Assembly (NCBI RefSeq): GCF_001194135.2
Contig: NC_068982.1
Coordinates: 137,342,001 to 137,392,798 of the forward strand
Length of the DNA: 50,798 nt
Direction of reading: 5' to 3'
Source of the DNA: Octopus bimaculoides
Taxonomy: Eukaryota
Each line of letters opens with the position of its first letter. Within the stretch, counting starts at the first letter, position 1. Shown here in pieces: positions 13,381 through 26,169 of this stretch. The notes beneath the pieces are model-generated. The model was not told where the DNA came from. It made no database searches and worked only from the letters and a program-made list of their open reading frames with translations. Position numbers and translations under genes: made by a program.

Positions 13381-15173
13381 TTGGTATTATGTCTGTAATA
13401 ACAATCTCTTAACCCAAGCAAAGGCATATCATTTATGGTGAATGATTTGAGTATCTCGATGGTCCAGTGCTCAGTATATTACTGGTAAATATAGTTCTAT
13501 TGAAGCCCCCTCCACACACACACTTGTATCTCCAAGGGAATGACAAATTTAATCCTTCAAACTAAGATTTCAGCACCATAATTCCAATACTTTAATAATG
13601 TATTTTGCCTAATGTTTCACAGTTGTGTAATTATATCATCAGAATATAAGTACTAACATAATTAAGTGATACAATTAGCAGGTTCATTAAGGTTGAAAGA
13701 GTTAACATATTTGTAAAATACTAACTCCCAAAATGGTAAATCTCTACATAAATGCAATTTGTTCAAAAATACAGACATGGTTTAAATTTGACCAGGAACA
13801 CCCCACCACCAAACTCCTTTTCTCCTATTTTACATATATTAAAAATACTGTCTTAATATTTTATATCAGCATAATTTAAGTTAAGTTTAGAAAGTGTTAG
13901 TTCTTTGGGCCTTTTTTTCCCTTTTGTGTAAGCATAGCACTAAGATAAAAGTGTATAGCTCAGTAGTTAGGGGGGGTTGCATTCTTGATCGTAAGGTCAT
14001 GGTTTCAATTCTTGGACCTAGCATTGTGTTGTGTTTTATAGCAAAACATTTCATTTTGCATTGCTCCAGTCCATTCAGCCACAAATGAATTGTAGCAACA
14101 GCTGAGAAGTTAACTCTACAATGGACCAACAGCCCAATGGGGTGGGGTTTATAATCTGTCACTTAACTTGGTTTCCACAGCATATAAGTCCCCAGAACTC
14201 ATCACAAACCCAAGTGTACAGCAAAGTAGATCAGTTTCCTTTTCACTGTTTGTGTATTTTGTCCTTGGTCAAATTTAAACCAGTTCTGTTCTTTTCACGT
14301 ATGTCATAACTAATCACAACTATTCACATCTTTCAACAAGTCAAACTCTTTCCCAAAAGGCAAAAAGCAAAAGCATATTCATACTCGATGTTATCTATTA
14401 TTTGTTTATTTTTGTTTAAGCATGTTTCACATTTACATTTGCTGTCTGTAGCTTGCACATTAAAAAAATACTCAATATGCTTTCAAAAAAATTGGTATGG
14501 CAGGTAGGCAATTAGTAATACTTTGTTTTTATATCATATGCTGATTAAGAATATCAAAATATTTGTGTAACTGAAGGGAAGTTGAAGATTATGACAGCTT
14601 TTAAGATAATGCCATTTGCAGAGACATTTCTACCACTTAATATATCTGGGTTTATTAAATTATCAGTTGTTAATTATCTTCTAACAAAAATTAATTTTAA
14701 AAAATGTTTTAATAATGCATAGAAAAAGAGTCATAAATATATTTAAGTTTTTATCAATGAATGAAATATTGAATATTTTTGTAACTTCAACATATTTCCT
14801 GTACATGTTCCTATACATTGATTTGTTTTCCACACATGAGAACAAGAGACTTATTCTCTTACACTAAGTGCAAATTTTTCTTAGACTTAACTTTAATTGG
14901 TGATCTTGGCTCAATATATATTAGTAAACCACAGCTTCACCTTTTCACATTTATTAGGATTTAATGTTTATTTTAAGTCCAATCTTTAAATCACTAAAAT
15001 ATTTTCAGCTGTATTCATAAGTAAAATACCGTAGATTATATTTTAATTGCATATATATATATATAGATATGTATGTATGTATAATTACTATAGGTTATTA
15101 GGTTAAATTCTTTTAGCCTGATTAAATTTACTTGTTTCTTTTTAACTGTCTCACATTTTCTTTCTCTTTTCAG

Positions 15174-15281
15174 CTCATAACTGTTCATAGCCTTCCTAGT
15201 TTGGGAGATGATTATGTGATGGCTGAGAAAGGCCACGATCGTGGCAAAGTTCCTGTTAATTATTTGCAAATCCTAAATTAA
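15174..15281 (+). CDS. SH3GLB1: Endophilin-B terminal coding exon (C-terminal half of SH3, stop)
   Basis: Long pyrimidine tract then ttttcag|CTC. LITVHSLPSLGDDYVMAEKGHDRGKVPVNYLQILN* aligns to the endophilin-B end VITVFSVVGMDSDWLMGERGNQKGKVPITYLELLN*. Phase 0 fits the previous exon. Confidence 0.92.
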   Translation, partial: LITVHSLPSLGDDYVMAEKGHDRGKVPVNYLQILN

Positions 15282-15815
15282 TTATTTTTTTTCTAATTAC
15301 TGTTAGTCTCTTTCTCTCTCTTCTGAAATCCAATGGTTAAACAATGGCTTCGAAGACATTTTGTAAACTTCTATTGGGGATCAATATGCAATACTATCTT
15401 CCTTTTTTTTTTTTTTAAACCCTTTTGTTTAATTCCATGGCTGTTATGCAAGTATTTTTCTTCAACATAAAATTGTTTTGTTATATTTTGGTGCTTTAAC
15501 TCCATGCTCACTGTCTAATAATAGTGTACTTCTCAGTCATCCCATCTAAGTAGATTTTCAACAACTGCTATCAGGAGAGATTTCACTTTTGTATTTCTCC
15601 TCCTCCTTAGCAAATATGGACTTCAACAATTGGACATATAATATTTCAACTAACTTTGGGCATTGTTGCCTTTTTGGGGAATTTTTTTTTTTTTTTCCTG
15701 GTATCATTCATTGTTATTAAAATTTAGCTTGTGAAAAATTAAATTTGGTCAATTCTTGCAGAATGTCAGTTTAAAATTTTAACAAAATGAGCATTTGATT
15801 TAAAACTCCATCTTG

Positions 15816-15869
<54 letters not shown>

Positions 15870-16920
15870 GCTTTTTTTTTTTCGAAGTTCTTAGCACAAA
15901 AAAAAAATTAAAAAGTGAAATTAGACTTTATGGAGAAAAAAAATTATCTTCATCCATTACAAATGTCTTTTCTCATATATATTGACTTGATTATTGACTT
16001 GATTCAAGCAATAAAAATGTTACTCAGAAATTTTAAAGCAATAAGGATTGTTATTTCAATTTATTCATAGATATCTTACATTATGCATAGATTTTACATA
16101 TACACACATAGATACATACAGACACACACTTATATGCAATAATTCTATCTTCTTAGACTTACAGATTTAGACATGTAATAGCCAAGTAAACAAAGAAAAA
16201 AAAAGAAAGAAAAAATATTGTTAGCCATTGTAAAAGTTTCTTTTTATAGACTTCATCTGAAGGTTTCAAGGTTTTTAAATAAAGATACAATTTATTCATG
16301 TAACTTTCCATGTGTTTTTAATCATTCTTTCAAGAGTCAATGTGTCGCATACAAATTTAACAAGCCACTCATGCCACTCACTGCTTGATGATGAACAAAG
16401 GCTGATAGCATGTGGTTATGCTTTAATATTCGTTTAATTGTTCAGAACAGCTAACACATAATAGAAACAAACTGTTTCTTTTCCATTGTGGATGTTATTT
16501 ACTTTGCAAACCTGAATCTAAATGGCTGTTTTGCTGAACCGGCATCTTAGAGCTAGGCTTGAAATGGGGTTTTTGTGTGGAGGCATGGCTGTGTGGTTAT
16601 GAAGTTCACTTTGCAAACCACAAGTCTTCGGGTTCAATCACACTACACAGCATCTTGGGCATGTCATCTTCTACTATAATAACCCCAAGCCAACAAATAC
16701 CTTGAGTGAATTTGGTAGATGGAAGTTGTGTGAAAGCCCAGCATGCACATCTCTCTCTTTATACACACACATTTACATTGTACATGGTATCTGTGTGATT
16801 GTATAGTAAACATTTAATTAATCTTTGCATCTTATTTGCAATTGTTTGGTTGTTCCCTATTTTATTTTTTTCTTATTTTTGTTTCGTGTCTATTTCAAAC
16901 CAAATAATGTCATTGGAATT

Positions 16921-16993
16921 TTAAGTGGAAGAATTCATAGAGAAAATCTTGGCTGTTTTGTCTTGAGATACACTTCCTATTAGGGAGCCATCA
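16921..16993 (-). CDS. AAMP: AAMP-like exon 11 (terminal, stop)
   Basis: ttctttcag|T. (S)DGSLIGSVSQDKTAKIFSMNSST* versus AAMP DASLVVTTSGDHKAKVF. Entry phase 2 matches exon 10. Confidence 0.9.
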
Positions 16994-17073
16994 CTGAAAG
17001 AATAGAAAAAAAAACGATACACAATCTCAGTTAATTATAAACACAGTTCATATGTAATTACCAATGTTTAAAG

Positions 17074-17380
17074 TGGTGGTTCTCAACCAGGGTCTATATA
17101 ACCTTTGGGGGTCCATGTAAGATAAATTGTTTATACTTCTATAAAACACAAAATATTTCAATTTTTTTTTAACACAATTCCTAATAAAATTTACTTATAA
17201 AAATATGATAGGATTATTAAAACATCGAAATAGCTATGAGTGCCCATCCAAACAAAATGGGAGTTAAAACAGCTGGGGGTCCATCCCAGCAAAACGGGAG
17301 TCAAAATAGCTACAGGGTTCCATCCGAGCAAAATAGGAAACAAAGGGATTCACAGGTACAAAAATGGTTGAGAACCATTG
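17074..17380. mobile_element. hAT-type MITE
   Basis: TGGTGGTTCTCAACC...GGTTGAGAACCATTG, with TSD GTTTAAAG/GTTTAAAC. Confidence 0.8.
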
Positions 17381-17993
17381 GTTTAAACATCCACTCTTTC
17401 ATGCTTGCACGCATCAGATGGAATCTGCTGAGGCACATTTTCTCAGGCCAGATGCTCTTCCTGTTGCCAACCTTCACCAGTCTCCAGGCAAGGTAATATT
17501 TCCCCTCTGGCCAGACATATTTTTGCAGAAGATTGGAAGGTTGTTTACAACTATTATGCAATCTGAAGATGAGGCCACACACACACACGTTTATTCACAG
17601 GGTTTTGGTTGGCCTCTAGTCATCGCTAACACCATCACGATATGGCCCTATTGGGTCTCTAGTAGAGTCTGTAAACAGCCAGGTGGCACTGGCATCGACC
17701 ATGCTAATAATAAAGTGTTCTGGTGGTTAAGATATGAAAACTTAACATACGTTTCTAGAAACAATCTTTAAGTCATTACCATAGCATTTCTGCCATTGGG
17801 GTTTCTGGCCTTTTTCCCCACCTATCTTGCATTTGGGCAAGCACACCCTGACCAGACTAGTATAGGACATAATGAGAGCATAAGAAGTGAGAAGGAACAA
17901 ACAGGGAAAGGAAGAAATTTCTATCATTTCCTGAACACAGATGGAGACCAACAATGATAATATTTTTGAAAAAAAATTACCAAATTTCTTTAC

Positions 17994-18148
17994 CTTGATA
18001 TTTCAAAATCCATGATGGCAGCTCTGTGTCCATGCCACTGTTTACTCAGTAAACCGTCTCTGGTATCCCACAGTCGTATGATACCATCAAGGCCTGCAGT
18101 GAATAACTGTGGGCTGTTCTCTAACCATTTTAATTTCACTAAAGATCC
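17994..18148 (-). CDS. AAMP: AAMP-like exon 10
   Basis: cttcag|GGA...AG|gtaaag. GSLVKLKWLENSPQLFTAGLDGIIRLWDTRDGLLSKQWHGHRAAIMDFEIS. Phase 0-2. Confidence 0.92.
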
Positions 18149-19196
18149 CTGAAGTAAGAACAGTTGCATGAAAAAAACGACAATGATAATATGACAGCAA
18201 CATAGTACTTTGCTACGTAATCAATACAATATCAGGGCTGCAATCAATAAATGTTATATTATGAATTGATTAACAATTGCAGAACAAGATAAGTTCATGG
18301 TGATGCTTTGATGGGGCTAGATTGATTCACTCTTAGTGTTACATAACTATACACTCAATACTGGTTATATAATATATATGACAATATAGGCACTGCATAA
18401 TATATAATCTACTAATAATATAATAATACTCTTGTGTTTTTCTCTGTCACAAAGTATGAAATGAGAAAGGAAGAGGTAATGGAAATTCTACAGTGAAAAG
18501 CAAAAATTCAAAACAGCGTTTCAACTCTATGTGAGTATATGTAAAAGGGAGGTATGTGAATGTTTGTATATGTGTGCAATAGAAGTGGGATGGTTAACAT
18601 TCAACACTGAAAAGGAAAACCAAACAGCGTTTCAACTCTGTGTGAGTACATGTGTGTGTGTATACAAGGGAAGTATGTGAACTAGCATTCTTTCAGTAAC
18701 AAACGATGATCAATGTCACATCTCAAAAGACAACCACCAGATAACATTGACAAGTGTATTACTTTGATTTACCATCCACATTTATATATTTTGTCTTTAT
18801 TTATACTACAATTAGCTGTCATTTTTGATGGCACGGGGCCAGCTAGTGTTGATAACAATGGTTTTAAATTATGATACAAGGCCAGTAATTTTAAGGAAGG
18901 GGGTTTAGTAAATTACATTGACCCTCAGTGTTCAACAGGTGAGATTTAAATACCAGAAGAAATACTAAGCATTTTGATGGACATGCTGACACTTCTGTCA
19001 GTTTGTCACCCTAATATTATTACAATGATAATCCTTTCTACTAAAGGCACAAGGGCCGAAATTTTGGGAAAGCAGGATAGTCGATTACATTGATCCCTCC
19101 AGTGTTTCACTGGTACTTAATTTATTGACGCCGAAAGGATGAAATGCAAAAGTCAACCTCAGTGGAATCTGAACTCAGAATCGAAATCATGATTGA

Positions 19197-19612
19197 ACCA
19201 AATTTGATGACTGGCACCTGTGCCAATGGAATGCTAACAACACCGTCCGAGTGTGATCATTGCCAGAGCAGCTGTCTGGTTTCCGTGCCAGTGGCACATA
19301 AATAGCACCATTTGAGCGTGATCGTTACCTGCGTCGCCTTACTGGCACTTGTGCAGGTGGCATGTAAAAACACCATTTTGAGCATGGCCATGGCCATTGC
19401 CAGTACCGCCAGACAGGCCCTCATGCCGGTGGCACATAAAAGCATCCACTACACTCTCGGAGTGGTTGGCGTTAGGAAGGGCATCCAGCCGTAGAAACTC
19501 TGCCAAATCAGATTGGAGCCTGATGCAGCCTTCTGCTTTGCCAGCCCTCAGTCAAACTGTCCAACCCATGCCAGCATGGAAAGCAGAGATTAAACAAGGA
19601 TGATGATGATAT
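19197..19612 (+). mobile_element. RTE 3'UTR/tail fragment
   Basis: Modules plus the ggaagggcatccagc core plus a (GAT)n tail. Confidence 0.82.
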
Positions 19613-19855
19613 ATATACATAGAGAGAGAGTTGGCAGAAACTCAGTACCATGCAATGCAAATAATAAGTGTACACGAAGGTCCAAACGAATCACTGACAG
19701 AGAAGCAGAAGGTTAGATGAAGCGAGAATAATCAGAAGTAATCGTGACACAGCCTTCCAGCGTGACAGCTCAGTCAAATGGTCCAACCCAGGCCAGCATG
19801 GACAACAGACGTTAAATGATGATGACATATTTATAATTAATTGATGGAAACTCAC

Positions 19856-19946
19856 ATCAAATTGCCATTTATTCCTTAGTTTTCCAGCCTGGACGTCCCA
19901 CAAGTATATGGTTCCATCGAGTGTACCAACAGCAGCCCAAGGATGT
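19856..19946 (-). CDS. AAMP: AAMP-like exon 9
   Basis: cttgtag|A...GAT|gtgagt. (T)HPWAAVGTLDGTIYLWDVQAGKLRNKWQFD. Phase 2-0. Confidence 0.92.
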
Positions 19947-20482
19947 CTACAAGACCAAAAATGGAAAGAATTATCACAACACAACATTACAAGCCAAAGT
20001 AGACAAATAAATATTGGTTTCAAATTTTGGCACAAGGCCAGTAATTTGGGGGGGGGGACATAAATTGATTATTCAACACCAGTTCTTAAGTGGTACTTAT
20101 TCTATCAACCTTGAAAGGATCAACAGCAAAGTCAACCTTGAAAAAGTTTGGACTCAGAATGTAAAGCTGGACAAAATGCTGAGCAGCATTTTATTCAGTG
20201 TGCCAACGGTTCTGCAAGTTTGCAGCCTTTGGTAATAATTTATTCTTTCATTAGCCACAAGGGCTCACATGCAATAACATTAAAGGACATACAACAGCAT
20301 AAAAGACAAAAACATGACGATACAATGGGTTTTCCACTTATAAACAAAGCATAACAATAAAAATTAAACAAATTAAAACTCCTAACAGGGGAGACACTTT
20401 GAGGTCCTCGTGGAAAAACTGACCTTATTACATAATATGTAAACAAACATAAGTTTGTTAGTGAAGCGTTGAAATGTATTGT

Positions 20483-20676
20483 TAGAACAAGTAGAAAAAT
20501 ATATTTTTTCAACGCATAAATACTGACAGAACAGCATATAATATGGGATAAAACCCTTTCTAGAACAGGGACGGTTGCTGACAAGCTTTTCTGCTCTAAA
20601 AAGGATTTTGTCCTATATTATATGCTGTTTTGTCAGTATTTACGCGTTGAATAATATATCTTTCTACTTGTTCTAG
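20483..20676. repeat. Fold-back inverted repeat (86-bp arms, 22-nt spacer)
   Basis: Arms 20483-20568 and 20591-20676 differ by 9 substitutions and 1 indel (manual alignment). Confidence 0.85.
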
Positions 20677-22000
20677 TAACCTTATTGTATACAGTGTTCA
20701 GGTGCACTACAACTCATCTCAAACTGTTAAAAGAGGGGGCAGAAAGTAAAGAAAGACAGTTATGAAGGTTGGAATACATGCACAGTACACAGAATAAAAC
20801 ACCAATAAAAAAAAAAGGGAACATTAAGTGCCATAAAAGGTGCCCTGAATTTAAGGGATCATGGATTACAGGGGCTGGTGATTTATTCTATGCTTCAAAA
20901 GACCAATTCGTTTTGAAGCTGATGTGTTAGTCCATCCCGCGTCTGGTGGCGCATGGGCAGACAACAATTTCCACTGATCTCTATTGGCAGCTGCTCTCTC
21001 GATGTTTTCCTATTTTCTGTTTATTACTGCTATGTCTTCTTTAAACGATCTGCACCATGTTGTTTTTGGTCTTCCTCTCTTTTTACCAGGCGGTTCTCAT
21101 CTAAATGTTGTTAGTATAATGTGTTAGTATCAATCAACAAATCTTTAAAAAGCTCTGAGTGAAGCCTCTTCTCCAAACACATTAACCCTTTTACTGTGGA
21201 AAGCTGATATATAGCCCCTAGAAATTTCATTGCCCTTAACTGCACAAATCAGTTTTATATACCAATTTATCTTTCATTGACAAATGTCATGTTTGAAATT
21301 ATTTTTTGTTGAGATACAGTAAAGTTTATTGACGACGACGTCATCATCAAACCCCTGTGACATTGTCTGGGGTCATTTTCAGTGCCTTCAGTGCCACAGG
21401 ATTTGCTGATCACATATGGGTCTTGCCAGCCACATTTGCTCCCATGAGAAACAATGTGTTGGAGACAAAGGAGAATGAATGTCTTGGATCAACGTTGTCA
21501 TAAACAGAAAGCATTGAGGCAACATGACATACAGACAACACCAATTCTAATTTCTTTGGCAGATGTTTAACATCATTACTGGAATAATCATGAAATTTAA
21601 TTTCGCAGTTTAATTAATTAGGGCTTAAAATATTAATCATTGATCCAAGAGACAAAACTCCAGAGTTTTACATTTACGTTGCCTCCCCTTTTTTTTTCTT
21701 TTCCTTTTTTTCTTATTTGCAATTTAGTCAAAAAGGGAACAGCAGCCCCTTTGAAGCTTTTCAGTACCTCTAACACTGGTAGCAGGAAATAAGGAAGTTC
21801 TCCCCAAACCAGAAACCTGGCACAAATAATCGCAAGAGAAATGGACACTGCTAAAAGCAGCCAAGGACCAACAGATAGTATTGACCAAATGTAAGGGGAG
21901 ACTGTGTGAGTGGTGAATAAAGAATAAAGATACTGTGTGAATGGTGAATAAAGAAAATGAGACAAACATAAGACAATAAACAGAATTGATTGGTATTTAC

Positions 22001-22083
22001 GTTTTGGAGAAAGCCACTGATTCTACCGAGTTATCCATGTTGGTATTGTTAGAATTGTTATCACAGATCACAGAAGATACAAC
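22001..22083 (-). CDS. AAMP: AAMP-like exon 8
   Basis: gaacag|GTT...AC|gtaaat. VVSSVICDNNSNNTNMDNSVESVAFSK versus AAMP ...SNSVESLGFC. Phase 0-2. Confidence 0.88.
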
Positions 22084-22343
22084 CTGTTCAACAAAAATAT
22101 ATCACATTACATTCAAGACAAAAATATCTGTTGATATAAATTATTTTTCCTCATTTTATTACCAGAATTTTTATTGGTTTTAGTCAGTGTACTATGTCCA
22201 GGCAGGGACACTGTCTTTAATGATTTTTTTTTTTCAATGATTAAATTCTGCTGACTTGACCGTTTAGTCTGATATTTATTTTACTGGATTTTTCAAGGAG
22301 CAAAGTGCAAACTGTCTTTAGCATAAAGGGACAAAACTAAATA

Positions 22344-22470
22344 CAGGGTGTCCACAAAGTCTGGGTACATGGGGATAAACATATACTTTAAGAAATTATT
22401 ATTTCTTATATTTAATTGTTTACGTTATGATTTTATTTACTCCAGATACCCAGACTTTGTGGACACCCTG
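22344..22470. mobile_element. Tc1/mariner-type MITE
   Basis: TA flanks and perfect 24-bp TIRs CAGGGTGTCCACAAAGTCTGGGTA around an AT-rich core. Confidence 0.9.
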
Positions 22471-22489
22471 TACAGCAAGTATTTTTATG

Positions 22490-22680
22490 ACACTTGTGCC
22501 AGTGGCACGTAAAAAGCATCCACTACACTCTCAGAGTGGTTGGCATTAGGAAGGGCATCCAGCTGTAGAAACTCTGACAGATCAGATTGGAGTCTGGTGC
22601 AGCCATCTGGTTCGCCAGTCTCCAGTCAAATCGTCCAACCCATGCTAGCATGGAAAGCAGACGTTAAATGATGATGATCA
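22490..22680 (+). mobile_element. RTE tail fragment
   Basis: gtggcacgtaaaaagcatccactacactctc...gttaaatgatgatgat. Confidence 0.8.
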
Positions 22681-23191
22681 TCATCTTTTTCTCCACCCAT
22701 GCACATACGCTTACTCTGTACTTTAAGATAACACTCCACCACTATTTATCACTTTGTAGCTAATACTGATTCATTCTTACTCTCCCCTCTAAATGTCAGT
22801 AAGCCATGAACCTCTTGCACAACAAAAGCCTGCTCTGATACCAAGCCCTTTTCTTTTGTATCTCAGCTCCTTGTATAAACACACCAACACAAGTTGTCAA
22901 GTAATGACGGGAGACAAGCATAAACACAAGGGCACACACATAGATATATACATATATACGACAGGCTTCGTTCAGTTGCCATCTACCAAATCCACTCATA
23001 AGGCTTTGGTCAGTCCAAGGATATAGAAGACATTTGTGCAAGGTGCCTCACAGTGGGATTTTGAACCCGGAACCATGTGGTTAGGAAGCAAGCTTCTTAC
23101 CACATAGCCACATCTATGCCTATGATATTTTTTTTTAGGTAGAAAAAGAAAACAAGAATTAAACAAAGTTTGTAAAGAAAACAGAACTTAC

Positions 23192-23298
23192 CTTGCCATT
23201 GTTGATATTTGTAATGTGACAGGTTAAATCAGAAGAACCACTGATGACCAGATTATTGTCACTGTAACAGTCTAAACAGGTGACACATTCAGAATGAA
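23192..23298 (-). CDS. AAMP: AAMP-like exon 7
   Basis: ctttacag|TT...AAG|gtaagt. (V)HSECVTCLDCYSDNNLVISGSSDLTCHITNINNGK. Phase 1-0. Confidence 0.9.
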
Positions 23299-23559
23299 CT
23301 GTAAAGGAAATTAGACATGTTAATTAAGACAATTATCAAGGTGCAGGTGTGGCTGTTGCGGTTACAAAATTCACTTTGGTATTATATGATTAGGGGTTCA
23401 GTCCCCATTGCAGGAATGTTGTCAGCTAACATTCTATAATATAACCCAGGGTCAATCAATATGCTGTGAATGTACTGGGCAGGAAGAAACTAAAGCGGCA
23501 TGTAATGCTTGTGTGTGTGCGTGTGATTTCTCAGGGCTTTAATGATTGGCTTTCTCGTT

Positions 23560-23826
23560 CATTGTTTAACGTCTGCTTTCCATGCTAGCATGAGTTGGAC
23601 GATTTGACTGAGGACTGGTGGACCAGGAGGCGACACCAGGCTCCAATCTGATTTGGCAGAGTTTCTACAGCTGGATGCCCTTCCTAACACCAACTACTCC
23701 GAGAGTGTAGTGGGTGTTTTACATGTCACCGGCACGAGGGCCAGTCAGGCGGAACTGGTGACGGCCACACTCGAAATGGTGTATTTTACATGCCACCTGC
23801 ACAGGAGCCAGTCCATCGGCACTGGC
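23560..23826 (-). mobile_element. RTE tail fragment
   Basis: Reverse complement of the tail family (gtttaacgtctgctttccatgctagc...). Confidence 0.8.
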
Positions 23827-24321
23827 GTACAAAAAAAAAACAAAAAAACTTTAAAACAGCCCAGCTATCAAATATAGCTGATGTCATACTCTTACAATCA
23901 AATATCAAAATATGGCTGGGCTTTTTGACACGGGACATTTGTGATTTTTGTAAAGAAAATAGCTCATAACTCTGTCCAGGCTGAAGTAGTTGCATGCTGT
24001 CAACATAATGTGAGTCCCCTGAAGGGAATAATACTACTGTTGGTTAGACCTAGGAAGCTGTACTGCTTCCTGTCGGCCTTGACACATTTCCTGTGTCCTT
24101 ATGTTTACAAGGAGGAGACAAGCACCTTCACCCAGCTAAGCTTGCATCCAGAAAGACTCTCAGTGGACTGTCACATTAAGTTGACAGCATACAACTACTT
24201 CAATGGAAAAACCTTTCAACAGATTTGATCTCTAAACCCACTGGTCCACAATGTTAAAACACTAACCCACCCAACCATTTCACTACTACTATTATAAGAG
24301 CATCAACAAAAAGTTACTTAC

Positions 24322-24405
24322 CATTCAAAGAGTGCAAACTTGTCTGGTCTTTCAATTCAATAACCTTCATCATTCCATTCTCAAAACCAGCACACAATCG
24401 TTTAC
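24322..24405 (-). CDS. AAMP: AAMP-like exon 6
   Basis: ttacag|GT...G|gtaagt. (G)KRLCAGFENGMMKVIELKDQTSLHSLN. Phase 1-1. Confidence 0.9.
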
Positions 24406-24427
24406 CTGTAAATATAGTTATGAAGTT

Positions 24428-24655
24428 CATCATCATCATCATCGTTTAATGTCCGCTTTCCATGCTAGCATGGGTTGGACGATTTGACTGAGGATTGGCG
24501 AACCAGATGGCTACACCAGGCTCCAATCTGATTTGGCAGAGTTTCTACAGCTGGATGCCCTTCCTGACGCCAATCACTCCAAGAGTGTAGTGGGTGCTTT
24601 TACATGTCACCTGCACAGGAGCCAGTCCAGAAGCACTGGCAATGACCTTGCTCAA
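24428..24655 (-). mobile_element. RTE tail fragment
   Basis: catcatcatcatcatcgtttaatgtccgctttccatgctagc... Confidence 0.8.
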
Positions 24656-25039
24656 ATGCAGTTGCCACCAAATTATTATTTTCGACCCTGCCATCTTTAG
24701 ACAATGGATGAGGATTCCATGACTTCTTTGCCCAACAACCACAGTTGATGATTTGTTTATAAGTTCACTCCCTCCATCAAATCAACATCACCTGTACAGG
24801 TGCACTAGTGTACCACACTTGAAATGCTGAAATGATTGCAGAGCGACATGAATTGCCACCTGGTCTGGGAATCAAAGTCGTGATTTAGCAATCAAGAGTG
24901 CAACACCTTGACCACCAGGTAGTGCTTTCACATTATCATATATGGACACAAAAGCATTTTTTTAAAAAATAAATTAGTAATAAGAATAAGTAAAAATCAC
25001 ACACACACTCACAAGGCTTTGGTCGGCTATTATTTCTAG

Positions 25040-25444
25040 GCTTAGGAGTGGCTGTGTGGTAAGTAGTTTACTTCCCAACCACATGGTTCCAGGTTCAGTC
25101 CCACTGTGTGGCACCTTAGGCAAGTGTCTTCTACTATAGCCTTGGGCCGACAAAAGCCTTGTGAGTGAATTTGGTAGACAGAAACTGAAAGAACCCTGTC
25201 ATATATATGTATATATATGTATGTGTGTGTGTATATGTTTGTGTGTCTGTGTTTGTCCACCCAACATCGCTTGACAACCGATGCTGGTGTGTTTATGTCC
25301 CCGTAACTTAGTGATTCGGTAAAGAGACCGATAGAATAAGTACTAGGCTTACAAAGAATAAGTCCTGGGGTCGATTTGCTCGACTATAAAGGCAGTGCTC
25401 CAGCATGGCCGCAGTCAAATGACTGAAACAGGTAAAAGAGTAAA
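25040..25444 (+). mobile_element. SINE family A, full length
   Basis: ggagtggctgtgtggtaagtag...ggttcagtcccactg...ccttaggcaagtgtc...gactgaaacaggtaaaagagtaaa. Confidence 0.85.
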
Positions 25445-25529
25445 CATAAAATGAATTCAAATATATTTGAAAGATGTTTGAACCGCTTAAGACTTGTTAC
25501 TGTAGTTTGTCATGAACAATAAATTCTTG

Positions 25530-25770
25530 CAATTGCGGCGTGGGAGATGTTTGTAAGCCATTCAAGAACACACAAAAACCGTTAGTTTCACTTCAGCATT
25601 TCAATTTTATTTGTGTCAAAATATTTTCATTGCTTTGAAACCACGACCTGTTCAATGACCAAATATCGTGCGGCATGAAGTTTTGTCAAATAAAATTTAA
25701 ATGTTGAAGTGAATCTAATAGTTTTTGTGTGTTCTTAAATGGCTTACAAACATCTTCCACACTGCAATTG
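25530..25770. repeat. Fold-back repeat with about 85-bp imperfect arms
   Basis: caattgcggcgtgggagatgtttgtaagccattcaagaacacacaaaaac... pairs with ...gtttttgtgtgttcttaaatggcttacaaacatcttccacactgcaattg. Confidence 0.8.
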
Positions 25771-26024
25771 TTTTTGTTTCGGTTCATGATCTCAGATCCA
25801 AGTCACTTGCTATGCAAGTACATCTCCGTAATAAATTCTTGCTGAAGACAGAAAAAAGTCCACTATTGGACTTATGAATATATCCTAGACATTATATTTA
25901 TTAACAGCTAAAGGGACTTGGCCAGCATGATTTCAAACTTATCCACAAAATCACTTCTATAACCAGTAAGTAGATAAAGCAACTTTAACACAGAGGTCAA
26001 GGGTTCAAACTAAACGGTACACAC

Positions 26025-26169
26025 CATCAGGTAATATTCTTCCACATGTTACTGTACTGTTGAGGCCAGTGAAAGTCTTACAGTCTCCAGATGGTATCTT
26101 CCACATCCAAATTTGGCCAGTTGCAGTTCCAGCGAGCAACACATGAGCATGGGAATGCCATTGGATCCA
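26025..26169 (-). CDS. AAMP: AAMP-like exon 5
   Basis: ttcttcag|TGG...G|gtgtgt. [48 protein letters not shown] versus AAMP [35 protein letters not shown]. Phase 0-1. Confidence 0.93.

Noticed and set aside
17600-17740. Candidate last AAMP exon
   Set aside because: Phase-2 reading hits a stop after four codons and the sequence contains an RTE module remnant; the true last exon is 16921-16993.
25040-25110. tRNA-like A/B boxes in SINE heads
   Set aside because: No complete cloverleaf; they are followed by SINE body sequence, so they are not tRNA genes.
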